Notes: a model not told the origin generated them from the sequence alone. A stretch of 38,787 nt of DNA from an uncultured Actinomycetota bacterium (GCA_964424685.1 CAYRJH010000005.1:1-38787), one strand, 5' to 3'. Counted from the first letter of the stretch, positions 15,294-25,319 are shown. Numbers and translations are program-made.

Positions 15294-16547
15294 TTATAGA
15301 TATTTTTTAAAACCCAGAGTCACATTATGGCCGCCAAAACCCATTGAATTCGATATAGCCATATTGACTTCTCTTTTCTGGCTGACTTTTGCAGTGTAAT
15401 TTAAATCACACTTTTCATCGGGATTATCAAGATTGATAGTGGGTGGTATAGTATCGTTTATTATGGTCAATACTACTGAAACAGCTTCAATAGCTCCTGA
15501 CGCTCCCAGGCAATGGCCTACCATTGATTTGGTTGAGCTTATGTTTATATTATAAGCATACTCTCCAAAACACCTCTTAATCGCAGCAGTTTCAATAGCA
15601 TCATTTAAAGGAGTTGCTGTTCCATGCGCATTGATATAATCCACTTCCTCAAGCTTAATCTCACCCTCATTAAGGCAGTTTTTCATACATCTTGCTGCAT
15701 TTACACCTGATTCTTCAAGTGCAGTTATATGGTAAGCTTCACCGGAAAGGCCGTATCCAAAAATTTCACAGTATATTCTGGCATCTCTTTTTAAGGCTGA
15801 TTTAAGTTCCTCCAGAATCAATATCCCGCAGCCTTCTCCCATTACAAATCCATCCCTGTCCTTATCAAAAGGTCTTGATGCCTTTTCCGGCTCATCATTC
15901 CTGCTGGAAAGTGCCTGCATATTAGAAAAACCTGCCATTCCTAAAGGAGTTATGGCCGCTTCGCTTCCTCCGGCGATCATAATTTCAGCATCCCCTCTTT
16001 TAATTATTTCAAATGCGTCACCAATTGCATTCGAACCTGCGGCACATGCAGTAGTAGTTGTACCAACCGGTCCTTTAGCGCCGCTTATTATGGAAACCTG
16101 GGCAGCAGCCATATTGCAGATCATCATCGGAATAACAAAAGGACTTACCTTATCGGCACCTTTGCTAAGTAATTTTTCATGTTGTTGCTCTAAAGTCGCA
16201 AGTCCTCCTACCCCGCTTCCTATAAGAACTCCAATTTTATCTTCATTTACAGGATCTATCTTAAGACCACTGTCCTTAATTGCATCTGATGCTGCCGCTA
16301 CCGCAAATTGCGCAAATCTATCCATTCTTCTGGCCTGTTTAAAGTCTATATAATCTTCGGGTTTAAAATCTTTAATTTGGGCTGCAATCCTGGAAGCTAT
16401 TTTTTCAACATCAAAATGCTCAATCCTGCTCACACCTGATTTTCCTGAAATTAAATTATTCCAGAATTTATCAACTTCAAGCCCCAGCGGGGATATTATT
16501 CCAAGTCCGGTCACTACTACTCTTCTTCCACCATTTTCGTTTCTCAC
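15294..16547 (-). CDS. fabF: 3-oxoacyl-ACP synthase II
   Basis: VVVTGLGIISPLG, the active-site motif TACAAGSNAIG, and the HGTATPLND and GHCLGASG motifs are present. Confidence 0.93.
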   Translation of the reverse strand: MRNENGGRRVVVTGLGIISPLGLEVDKFWNNLISGKSGVSRIEHFDVEKIASRIAAQIKDFKPEDYIDFKQARRMDRFAQFAVAAASDAIKDSGLKIDPVNEDKIGVLIGSGVGGLATLEQQHEKLLSKGADKVSPFVIPMMICNMAAAQVSIISGAKGPVGTTTTACAAGSNAIGDAFEIIKRGDAEIMIAGGSEAAITPLGMAGFSNMQALSSRNDEPEKASRPFDKDRDGFVMGEGCGILILEELKSALKRDARIYCEIFGYGLSGEAYHITALEESGVNAARCMKNCLNEGEIKLEEVDYINAHGTATPLNDAIETAAIKRCFGEYAYNINISSTKSMVGHCLGASGAIEAVSVVLTIINDTIPPTINLDNPDEKCDLNYTAKVSQKREVNMAISNSMGFGGHNVTLGFKKYL

Positions 16548-16670
16548 TTATAATTCCTTTACCCTAAAGTTTATTAATTTACTTAAATTTTCATTCAATA
16601 TTTATTTGCGGTCCGTTTCCATATAAATTCAGCTATATCTAAAACTATCTAAAAATAATATTATTTATTC

Positions 16671-17417
16671 CTAAATACCCATCCCGCCATCTAAATTTAT
16701 TACAGTCCCGGTTATATAATTAGAATCATCACTTGCAAGGAAAAGTGCTGTTTTAGCCACATCGTCTACACTTCCCAGCCTACCGGTAGGAATCTGCTCC
16801 ATTAACTTTTCTTTTATTTTATCACTCAGTTTTTCAGTCATTTCGGTCTGGATATAACCCGGAGCTATAGCATTGACCAGTATATCCCTCCCGGCAAGTT
16901 CCCTGGCCAGTGTCTTTGTAAGTCCTATTATACCTGCTTTCGATGAAGAATAATTGCTCTGGCCTGCATTACCATGAACTCCCACAATAGAAGAAATATT
17001 TATTATTTTCCCGCTCCTGTTTTTTATCATATATCTTACTGTATACCTGGAACAAATAAATGCTCCGGTGAGGTTAATATCGATTACTTTTTTCCAATCT
17101 TCAAGGCTCATCCTTATTATTAAATTATCCCTCGTGATTCCGGCATTATTAACCAGAATATCAATCTTACCTTCCGTTTCAATAATTTTTTCAATAGCCT
17201 GCTCTACACTTGTTTCATTTGTTATATCCACTTTAAAAAACCCGATTTTACTTTTGCCGCCGGCCTGCTTTAATTCATCTGCTGTCTTTTTCCCTTCCTC
17301 ATCGTTTATATCAAAAATATATACCGATGCCCCTTCCATCAAAAAAGTCTCACAAATTTTTTTTCCTATTCCTCTGGCGCCTCCGGTTACCACTGCTACC
17401 CTATCCTTAAGCCTCAT
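16671..17417 (-). CDS. fabG: 3-oxoacyl-ACP reductase
   Basis: SDR motifs VTGGARGIGK, NNAG and YSSSKAG are present. It overlaps the end of fabD by 11 nt. Confidence 0.92.
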   Translation of the reverse strand: MRLKDRVAVVTGGARGIGKKICETFLMEGASVYIFDINDEEGKKTADELKQAGGKSKIGFFKVDITNETSVEQAIEKIIETEGKIDILVNNAGITRDNLIIRMSLEDWKKVIDINLTGAFICSRYTVRYMIKNRSGKIINISSIVGVHGNAGQSNYSSSKAGIIGLTKTLARELAGRDILVNAIAPGYIQTEMTEKLSDKIKEKLMEQIPTGRLGSVDDVAKTALFLASDDSNYITGTVINLDGGMGI

Positions 17418-18414
17418 TTGCTATTCCTTCCTTTTTTAATGTATTTTTTAAGTTTTCAATATCTTCCATTTTATCGGTATTTAGTATGGTAACTTCTTTA
17501 CAATTCTCTCTGGCAATCCTGTAGACCAATCCCGATAAAACTGTACCCGGCCCGACTTCTACAAATACAGCGATACCTTTTTTCAGCATGTATTCAATGC
17601 TGCCGACCCATTTTATTGGATTTGTAAGCTGCCCGGTCAGTGTATCTTTGATATCCTCCTTATTTATATAAGCCACCTCAGTTGTTGAAAAGAAAGACAT
17701 GCCCATATCTTTAAAGCTGACATTATTATCAATAAATCTTCCAATATTATCTGAAATGTCCTTCATAAGCGGGCAATGCGAGGCAATGCCTACTTTAAGC
17801 GGAATTATTTTCTTTGATCCTTTTAGTTTTAAAAACCCCATTACCTCTTTTACTGCATCTTCATAACCGCTTATTACTACTTGCCGGTAATCATTGTAAT
17901 TAGCAATAAAAACTCTTCCTTTAAAGCCGCGTAGGGCTTCTTCAACCAGGCAAACTTCCGTTCCTAAAACAGCAGCCATCATTCCCTTATCGTTTTTATT
18001 AATCTCACTCATAATAGCACCCCTGTATCCGACCAGCTCCGCACCCTTTTCGAAACCATATGCACCGCTGCTGTAAAGGGCACTATATTCTCCGAGGCTG
18101 TGTCCTATAACCGTATCAATATAATCCCTGTTTACCACTAAACTGTCTAAAATATAATCGTTAAGTGCACAACTCAAAGTATAAATCGAAATCTGGCTGA
18201 AGCGTGTATCATCCAGTAAATTATTGTCTCCAGAGCCGTTAATTATTTTAAGTAAATCTGTTCCCATAATTTTACTTGAAATCTCAAAATACTCTTTATA
18301 ACCACTGTTAGCATCTAAAAATTCACTGCCCATATTACTGTACTGCGATCCCTGTCCGGGAAACATTAAAATAATCTTTTTAGAAATTCCGGGATTTTTA
18401 TCCAAATTATCCAA
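17407..18414 (-). CDS. fabD: Malonyl-CoA:ACP transacylase
   Basis: FPGQGSQYSNMG and the active-site motif GHSLGEYSAL are present. Confidence 0.92.
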   Translation of the reverse strand: MDNLDKNPGISKKIILMFPGQGSQYSNMGSEFLDANSGYKEYFEISSKIMGTDLLKIINGSGDNNLLDDTRFSQISIYTLSCALNDYILDSLVVNRDYIDTVIGHSLGEYSALYSSGAYGFEKGAELVGYRGAIMSEINKNDKGMMAAVLGTEVCLVEEALRGFKGRVFIANYNDYRQVVISGYEDAVKEVMGFLKLKGSKKIIPLKVGIASHCPLMKDISDNIGRFIDNNVSFKDMGMSFFSTTEVAYINKEDIKDTLTGQLTNPIKWVGSIEYMLKKGIAVFVEVGPGTVLSGLVYRIARENCKEVTILNTDKMEDIENLKNTLKKEGIANEA

Positions 18415-18427
18415 TTAACAAACCTCT

Positions 18428-18856
18428 CTAACTAAGGACAAACATAATTTCGACTGTACAGGCTGTTTCATTTCTTACTGTTGCCCTGCCCTTTGCCCTG
18501 CCTATATTTCTTCTTAGATTTTCCAGTTCCACTTCTACAAGCAGTTCATCTCCGGGTTTTACTATTTTTTTAAACCTTGCTTTATCTATTCCCGCAAAAA
18601 GCACAAGTTTACCTTTATTTTCCGGCATCATAAGGGCCAGTACTGCTCCTGCCTGGGCAATGGTCTCCACTATAAGTACCCCGGGCATAATTGGATTGGA
18701 AGGAAAATGTCCCTTAAAATAATACTCCTGCTCTCTCACATATTTTACTGCTTTAATTTTTCTACCCGGTTCAACCTCAATAATTTTATCAATTAAAAGA
18801 AAAGGATCCCTATGGGGAATAATGTTTTTGATATCTTCCCTGCTTATTTCTTCCAT
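18428..18856 (-). CDS. fabZ: 3-hydroxyacyl-ACP dehydratase
   Basis: IPHRDPFLLIDKI and GHFPSNPIMPGVLIVETIAQAG are present. I trimmed the ORF-track start (19009) to the Met52 ATG at 18856 (MEEISREDIK...), because the 51-aa extension has no FabZ counterpart. Confidence 0.88.
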   Translation of the reverse strand: MEEISREDIKNIIPHRDPFLLIDKIIEVEPGRKIKAVKYVREQEYYFKGHFPSNPIMPGVLIVETIAQAGAVLALMMPENKGKLVLFAGIDKARFKKIVKPGDELLVEVELENLRRNIGRAKGRATVRNETACTVEIMFVLS

Positions 18857-19121
18857 AATTTTAATCCTTTGCGTAAGAAATTCTTTCTTAATTAAAAAAA
18901 ATATCCATTGTGCTTTGGATATATGCTTAGATAGACGCAGCCGCATTTTTATAGTTTCATCCGTGAACTGCAGTAATAATGCTCTGCAGTATTTTATAAT
19001 AGTGTCCATTTTTAATTATTTATTTTTTATTTTTGTATATAATATATAAAATATTATTTTTATCTATTATCCCAAAGAAAATATTTAAAAATGGTTTATT
19101 AATTACCTTAAAATCAAAAAA

Positions 19122-19799
19122 TTGAGAAAATTTAATACAGCAAGATATAAAAAATTTTTAAAAACTGATAAATTCGGCAAAAATATCATCTATCTGGAAA
19201 AGATAGATTCCACTAATAACTTTGCCTTTAGGATTTTAAAAGATAAGACTAAAAATAGTAGAATCCTAAACGGTACTCTGGTACTTGCCGAGACACAAAA
19301 AAAGGGAAGGGGCAGATTAGAAAGGCCCTGGTTATCTCCCCCGGGAGGATTATGGTTTACCTTAATACTAAAAACCGGACTTGAAGAAAAAAAACTACCG
19401 GAAGTAACGCTTATTGCTGCATATTCTGCCGCTGTTGTCTTAAATAGAGAATATAATATAAAAGTAACGATAAAATGGCCCAATGACTTATATTATAAAA
19501 AAACCAAGCTGGGCGGCATTCTAACCGAAGCCGAAAAAATAAACAGCAGTATTTTCTTAATAATTGGAATAGGCATAAATGCAAATATTGGTATAGAAGA
19601 TCTTGCACCTTTTAACAATGAATCCATATCAATCAGCACAATCCTCGGGAAAGATATTGAAAGAGAATGCCTCCTTCCAAGAATACTGTTTGAATTTGAA
19701 AAGAATTATAATTACTACTCACGGACAGAAGATTTTAAAACCATTTTTAAAAAAATAGAAGAAATTTTAGATTATGGTATGAATGACTTAATTTCCTGA
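19122..19799 (+). CDS. birA: Biotin-[acetyl-CoA-carboxylase] ligase, group I (no N-terminal HTH)
   Basis: The motif QKKGRGRLERPWLSPPGGLWFTL (GRGRxGRxW) and KWPNDLY..KLGGIL are present. It uses a TTG start, and its length of 225 aa leaves no room for a DNA-binding domain. Confidence 0.88.
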   Translation: MRKFNTARYKKFLKTDKFGKNIIYLEKIDSTNNFAFRILKDKTKNSRILNGTLVLAETQKKGRGRLERPWLSPPGGLWFTLILKTGLEEKKLPEVTLIAAYSAAVVLNREYNIKVTIKWPNDLYYKKTKLGGILTEAEKINSSIFLIIGIGINANIGIEDLAPFNNESISISTILGKDIERECLLPRILFEFEKNYNYYSRTEDFKTIFKKIEEILDYGMNDLIS

Positions 19800-19831
19800 G
19801 TAAAATTAATTTAAAAAGATTCTACCGGTAT

Positions 19832-21094
19832 TCAGGTCCTGGTTTTAAAGGCTCTCTTATTCATAATCATTTTCTTTTCGGCAATATTTATAACAGTATC
19901 GATATTTTGATGTATTTTTTCTTTAATGGCTTTCCCGATTGAAATACTTACCGGAAAATCCGGTTTAGATGACTGCTCACATTTTTTAAATATTCTTTCT
20001 ATAATATCGTCGGTAGTTTTACTATCTGTAAGAGGGAGCACTGTAATAAACTCGTCACCGCCCCACCTGACTACTACATCTTCATTTCTAAAACAGCTCT
20101 TTAAAATTCTTGCAACTTTGCAGAGTAACTGATCGCCCCTGTCATAACCATAATTATCATTCATCTCTTTTAATCCATTTACATCGGCGAAAATAATACT
20201 CAATGGAAGCTGCCTCTGCGTATTCAGCCTTCTTAGTTCCTCTTCAAAATAAGCACGGTTATATAAGCCGGTTAATTTATCATGGAAGGATAGATACCAT
20301 ATTTTTTCTTCTGCTTTTTTTTGTTCGGTTACATCCCTGAAGGACCATACCCTTCCTTTAATTTTATTGTCCTGTTTTAGCGGACTTGAAGAGCGCTCAT
20401 AGATTCTGCCATCTTTAAAATTAACAATATCAACACATTCAATTTCAGATTTATTAAGTTCATTGATTTTTTTCAAAAATCCCCCCGGATCTGCAAGCCG
20501 CACGGAAATATATTCAAGAAGCTCACCGTAAGTTTTCAGGTCAATAATTTTTTTAGGGATATTCCACAACTCTAAAAACTTATTATTATATAATAAAATT
20601 TTACCTTTTTCATCGGTCGCATAAATACCGTCTGCAGTAGAATGAAGGACGGCTTCAATCTTGGATCTGCCTTCTTTGATTTCTTCTTCCGCCTTTTTCT
20701 TATCAGTTATGTCTCTGGTAATCCCGAATGTGCCGATTATTTCACCATCTTTATTATATAATGGCATCTTTGTAGTTGATGCCCACCGGTCATTTTCCTT
20801 CTCCCAGGTCTCCTTCTCTTCAATATTTATGATTGGTTCCCCGGTTTTTACTATTCTTTGTTCATCCTCAAATGCCTTGCTGGCATGTTCTTCGGTAAAA
20901 ATATCAGAATCAGTCTTGCCAACCGCTTCATCCGGATTTTTTATTCTAAATTTTTCAGCACAGGATTTATTTATCCTGATAAACCTGCTTTCCAAATCTT
21001 TAAAATATATACTATCCGGTATATGCTCCATCAGAGCATCAATCATCTGTTTTTCTGTTATAATTATTTTTTTATTATTTGAATTTTTCTTCAT
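19832..21094 (-). CDS. PAS-PAS-GGDEF diguanylate cyclase
   Basis: Two PAS-like modules are followed by a GGDEF domain (LTGLYNR, DVNGLKEMND, RWGGDEF). An RxxD I-site (RNED) lies 5 residues before GGDEF. Confidence 0.88.
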   Translation of the reverse strand: MKKNSNNKKIIITEKQMIDALMEHIPDSIYFKDLESRFIRINKSCAEKFRIKNPDEAVGKTDSDIFTEEHASKAFEDEQRIVKTGEPIINIEEKETWEKENDRWASTTKMPLYNKDGEIIGTFGITRDITDKKKAEEEIKEGRSKIEAVLHSTADGIYATDEKGKILLYNNKFLELWNIPKKIIDLKTYGELLEYISVRLADPGGFLKKINELNKSEIECVDIVNFKDGRIYERSSSPLKQDNKIKGRVWSFRDVTEQKKAEEKIWYLSFHDKLTGLYNRAYFEEELRRLNTQRQLPLSIIFADVNGLKEMNDNYGYDRGDQLLCKVARILKSCFRNEDVVVRWGGDEFITVLPLTDSKTTDDIIERIFKKCEQSSKPDFPVSISIGKAIKEKIHQNIDTVINIAEKKMIMNKRAFKTRT

Positions 21095-21357
21095 ATTAAA
21101 TGCACCCCGCTAAAAAGAATCTGATATTTTTTTACTCTGTATTTCTATCTAATATATCATAAAATAAGATATAGTGTAAACAATGATACAACCCTAATTT
21201 AAAATCTTATATTTTAAATCTACTGGTACTGATTAATATCCTGTTATAAAATTTTAAAAATTTTTCACTGAGTTTTATTGCAAATTTTCTTATAATAGTC
21301 TTAAATGTAACATAAAAAAATAAATAAAATTTAAATTTAATATGAGGTAAAAGCAAT

Positions 21358-21627
21358 ATGACTATGAAGGTACCAAAGGAGGAAATACACGTTAAAATAA
21401 GAACTGATTCATTTTTTATTATTGGCTCCATACACATCATGGCAGGCGGCAGGATTATTGATTATATTAATGCTCAAACCAATAGATTTATACCGGTTAC
21501 TAATGCCGAGGTATATCCTCTCAATAGTCAACTAAAGGACGACTTGAATATCAGCGGCAGCAATGATGTTGTTTTTATAAACGTAGAAGATATTAAAATG
21601 CTTTCATCCCCTAAAGAGAAAAAATAA
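21358..21627 (+). CDS. Hypothetical small protein (89 aa)
   Basis: A GAGGT RBS lies 9 nt upstream of the ATG. The amino-acid composition looks protein-like (GSIHIMAGGRIIDYINAQTNRFIPVTNAEVY). I recognise no motif. Confidence 0.55.
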   Translation: MTMKVPKEEIHVKIRTDSFFIIGSIHIMAGGRIIDYINAQTNRFIPVTNAEVYPLNSQLKDDLNISGSNDVVFINVEDIKMLSSPKEKK

Positions 21628-21711
21628 AACATTTAACATAATATTAACTAAACAAGACTTTTTTAAAAATATTACAATAACTTAAAAAATTATAAGGTTT
21701 CTTCTTATTCT

Positions 21712-22917
21712 TTACACCAGCGGCTTTCCATTTTTCACCTTTTTTATCAGCATGGGTATAATTTCAAATAAATCTCCCTCTATCCCGTAGTTAGCTGCTT
21801 TAAATATGGGAGCCCCGGGATCTTTATTTATGGCAATAATGATATCCGAAGTCTGCATTCCTGCAAGATGCTGTATTGCTCCTGATATGCCGCAGGCAAT
21901 ATATATTTTGGGGTTAACTGTCTTTCCGGTCTGGCCTACCTGATGTGGATAGGATATCCATCCTGAATCAACTGCGGCTCTTGAAGCTCCTACCACTCCC
22001 CCCAGCAGATCGGCAAGTTCCTTAAGAATTAAAAATTTCTCGCTTCCACCCAGTCCTCTTCCGCCTGATACAATTACATCATAATCGGTAATATTTATTT
22101 TCCCGTCAAGTTCCTTATCGACACCCAGTAATTTATATTTAGTCTTAAATCTGGAATCATCAATTTTTATATACTCGATTTTACCCTCATAATCACTGAT
22201 ATTTCCAGTAATTATCTTCTTTTCCATAACATGAGGCCTCACCGTTGCCATCTGGGGTCTCGCATTTCTTGTGATAATAGTCGCAAGAATATTGCCTCCG
22301 AAAGTGGGTCTGGTCTGAAGGAGTATTTTCCTTTCGCTATCTATATCAAGGCCTGTGCAGTCTGCAGTGAGTCCTGTCTTCATTATAGCTGCGACTTTAG
22401 GAATTAAAGTTCTTCCAAACCAGGTAGCTCCTGCAAGAAATATCTCAGGCTTATGCCTGGTTAGTATCTGCACCAAAGCTTTGGAAAAAATATCATCAAG
22501 ATTGTTTGAAAAAACAGGGCTCTCCACTAAATACAGTTTATCCAGGCCGTACCTGAAAGCCTCTACCGCACTCTCTTTAATTGAACTTCCTACTGCAACC
22601 GCAGAAAGTTCGACGCCAAGCCTGTCGGCCAGTTTCCTGCCCTCGCTTATAAGTTCAAATCCAACATCCGTTATTATACTGCCGCTTGCCTCAAGATATA
22701 CGCAAACACCGCTGTAATCCGAAAAATCTTTTTTCTCTTCAGCAAGACCGGTTATCTCTATGGAATTAAATTTACATACTTCAATGCAGGCTCCGCAGAA
22801 AACGCAGTTTTCATTAATTACTGCTATGCCGTTTACTATCTCGATGGCATCATAAAGACACACTTTTTTACAAAGACTGCACCCTGTACAGGTTTTTTCA
22901 TCTACTTTAATTTCCAC
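21712..22917 (-). CDS. etfA: Electron transfer flavoprotein alpha subunit with an N-terminal 2x[4Fe-4S] ferredoxin domain
   Basis: The N-terminus carries CTGCSLCKKVC and CVFCGACIEVC cluster motifs. The C-terminal Etf-alpha FAD-binding region contains VSGGRGLG, ASRAAVDSGW and GQTGKTVNPKIYIACGISGAIQH. Confidence 0.9.
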   Translation of the reverse strand: MEIKVDEKTCTGCSLCKKVCLYDAIEIVNGIAVINENCVFCGACIEVCKFNSIEITGLAEEKKDFSDYSGVCVYLEASGSIITDVGFELISEGRKLADRLGVELSAVAVGSSIKESAVEAFRYGLDKLYLVESPVFSNNLDDIFSKALVQILTRHKPEIFLAGATWFGRTLIPKVAAIMKTGLTADCTGLDIDSERKILLQTRPTFGGNILATIITRNARPQMATVRPHVMEKKIITGNISDYEGKIEYIKIDDSRFKTKYKLLGVDKELDGKINITDYDVIVSGGRGLGGSEKFLILKELADLLGGVVGASRAAVDSGWISYPHQVGQTGKTVNPKIYIACGISGAIQHLAGMQTSDIIIAINKDPGAPIFKAANYGIEGDLFEIIPMLIKKVKNGKPLV

Positions 22918-22936
22918 TAAATATTAACTCCCTGAC

Positions 22937-23740
22937 TCATATTACATTCAATTCTTTTAATACCTTATACAAATGCTCTACCTGTTCCCCCGTTGTTCCT
23001 TCGATTTTTATTGTTTCATGCTTTATTTGAGGTGTAAAAATCTTTACTACCTGAGTATAGGAGCCGGAAAGACCCACTTCGTTTTCATCTGCTTCCAGCT
23101 TTTGGGCATCCCATACAGGGATTTCCGCATTTTTTGCTTTCATCTTACCCCGGAGTGAAGGGACTCTGGGAACATTTATATCCTTTACTACCGATATGGC
23201 TGCAGGAAGATTCACTTCAAAAGTTTCATATCTATCTTCCATAAGTCTTTTAACTTTCATCTTATTTTTATCTATTTCAAGGATACTGCTTACATAACCA
23301 ATAAAAGGTATGTTCATTTTTTGTGCAAGTTCCGGACCGACCTGGCCGGTATCTCCATCAAGAGTTTGCTTTCCAAGTATAATCAGTCTGCAGTCCTCTA
23401 TTTTATTTATGGCTCTGGCCAGAGTGGCAGCAGTCGCCCAGGTATCTGCACCTGCAAATGCCCTGTCCGAAAGAAGGACAGCATTATCCACTCCTACAGA
23501 AATAGCTTCTTTCAATATTTCCACAGATTGAGGAGGCCCCATTGTAATAGCAACTGCCTCTACATTCTCACCCTCAAATCTTTCCTTTATTCTTACTGCT
23601 TCCTCAACAGCATAGCAGTCAAAAGGGTTTATAATGTTTTCTACTCCCTCTCTTATCAGGGTATTGGTATCAGGATCAATCTTAATTTCAGTGGTACCCG
23701 GTACCTGTTTTACGCAAACCACGATCTTTATTTTAATCAC
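22937..23740 (-). CDS. etfB: Electron transfer flavoprotein beta subunit
   Basis: VVCVKQVPGT, NPFDCYAVEEA and DLILGKQTLDGDTGQVGP-type motifs are present (the actual text is RLIILGKQTLDGDTGQVGPELA). It uses a GTG start. Confidence 0.9.
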   Translation of the reverse strand: MIKIKIVVCVKQVPGTTEIKIDPDTNTLIREGVENIINPFDCYAVEEAVRIKERFEGENVEAVAITMGPPQSVEILKEAISVGVDNAVLLSDRAFAGADTWATAATLARAINKIEDCRLIILGKQTLDGDTGQVGPELAQKMNIPFIGYVSSILEIDKNKMKVKRLMEDRYETFEVNLPAAISVVKDINVPRVPSLRGKMKAKNAEIPVWDAQKLEADENEVGLSGSYTQVVKIFTPQIKHETIKIEGTTGEQVEHLYKVLKELNVI

Positions 23741-23918
23741 CTGCTTCTTTATAATGACTATTCATTTTTAATCAATTGTCCTTATTGATTGCCCCTATAA
23801 ACTGCTCTTAATGCTAATGCCTGCCCTTATAAATAAAAAAAATATCTGCCCACAAGTAAAGATATACATTACATAAATGATGTTTGTAGGTCCTATAAGC
23901 TTTTTCCTTTAAATCCTT

Positions 23919-25070
23919 TTAGAGCACTCCTCTTTTTATCATATCCAGAGCAATTACATTTCTCATTATCTGGTTAGTCCCTTCATAAATCTGGGTTATT
24001 TTTGCATCTCTCATCATCTTTTCCAGAGGATATTCTTTCATATATCCATAACCTCCCAGTATCTGAACTGCATCAATAGTAACTTTCATTGCCATATCCG
24101 ATGCAAAAAGTTTTGACATTGAGGAAAGGCGGGTAACATTCCTTTCTCCGCTGTCAATTACTTTCGCCGTATGGTATACAAGCGCTCTGGCAGCTTCAAT
24201 ATTTGTAGCCATATCAGCAAGAATGTGCTGAATTGCCTGAAATGAAGATATGGGAACATTAAATTGTTTTCTTATCCTGGTGTAATTTAACGCTTCCTCC
24301 AGGGCTGCCTGGGCAACTCCTACTGCCTGCGCTCCTACTGCCGGTCTGGACTGATCAAAAGTTTTCATAGCTAAAATAAAGCCCATTCCTTCACTGCCCA
24401 GCAGATTTTCTTTCGGTACTTTGCAATCGTTAAAAATAAGCTCCCTGGTTGCCGAACTGCGTATGCCAAGCTTATTCTCTTTCTTTCCAAATTCAAATCC
24501 CGGTGTTCCCTTTTCTACAATGATAACGCTTGCTCCCCTTATGCCTTTTCCAGGATTAGTCATGGCAAATATAGAATAAATATCCGCTTCACCGCCGTTT
24601 GATATCCACTGTTTGGTTCCATTCAAAATATAAAAGTCGCCATCTTTTTTCGCAGTAGTCTTAATATTGCCCGCATCACTTCCTGCTTCAGCTTCTGTCA
24701 GTCCAAAAGCTGCAAGCTTGCTTCCACTTGCCATCGGCGGCAAGAATTTCTTTTTTTGTTCTTCATTCCCTGCAATAAGTATGGGTATGATACCCAGACC
24801 GGATGCTGCAAAAGAAGTAGCGATACCTAAATCCCCGCGGCTAAGCTCCTCAGTAGCAAGGCATACTTCAAAAATACCTGTACCCATGCCTTCATATTCT
24901 TCCGGGATAAATAACCTGAAAAGATCGCTCCCCCCAATCTCTTTTATTATTTCCACGGGGAATAATTCCTTCTCGTCCAGCTCAGCTCTTACAGGAATAA
25001 TCCTATCTTCTACTATTCTTCGGCAAATATCTACAATCATCTGCTGTTCTTCGGTTAAAAAATATCTCAT
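23919..25070 (-). CDS. bcd: Short-chain acyl-CoA dehydrogenase (butyryl-CoA dehydrogenase-like)
   Basis: Acyl-CoA dehydrogenase family motifs GLTEAEAGSDAG, WISNGG, QILGGYGY and IYEGTNQI are present. The gene order is the clostridial-type bcd-etfB-etfA. Confidence 0.88.
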   Translation of the reverse strand: MRYFLTEEQQMIVDICRRIVEDRIIPVRAELDEKELFPVEIIKEIGGSDLFRLFIPEEYEGMGTGIFEVCLATEELSRGDLGIATSFAASGLGIIPILIAGNEEQKKKFLPPMASGSKLAAFGLTEAEAGSDAGNIKTTAKKDGDFYILNGTKQWISNGGEADIYSIFAMTNPGKGIRGASVIIVEKGTPGFEFGKKENKLGIRSSATRELIFNDCKVPKENLLGSEGMGFILAMKTFDQSRPAVGAQAVGVAQAALEEALNYTRIRKQFNVPISSFQAIQHILADMATNIEAARALVYHTAKVIDSGERNVTRLSSMSKLFASDMAMKVTIDAVQILGGYGYMKEYPLEKMMRDAKITQIYEGTNQIMRNVIALDMIKRGVL

Positions 25071-25319
25071 AAGTCCCTCTATTTACAATACTATGATTAT
25101 TATTAATTTAGAACCGTTTACAAAAAAGACGGGACAGTAATTTAATAGTTTCACTATTTTTAAGTTAAAACGCTTCCCGGATAAATTACTGAAGTGAAAC
25201 TTTATACATACTGGCGCGTCTTAACCAAGTGACTTTACAGCTTTATACTTTAATATATATTTTTTCTTATGCAAAAACATTATTAAAATTATTGACCGGG
25301 TTCTTCCGGGAGACTTTTT

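Noticed and set aside
18857-19009. 51-codon N-terminal extension of fabZ in the ORF track
   Set aside because: FabZ homology begins at MEEISREDIKNIIPHRDPFLLIDK. The extension has no counterpart and most likely covers the promoter and leader of the fab operon.
25147-25201. 9-bp inverted repeat AGTTTCACT-N37-AGTGAAACT in the bcd/bioY divergent region
   Set aside because: It is real in the sequence, but it is a single occurrence with a 37-nt spacer in AT-rich DNA. I cannot distinguish an operator or hairpin from chance, so I did not promote it to a feature.
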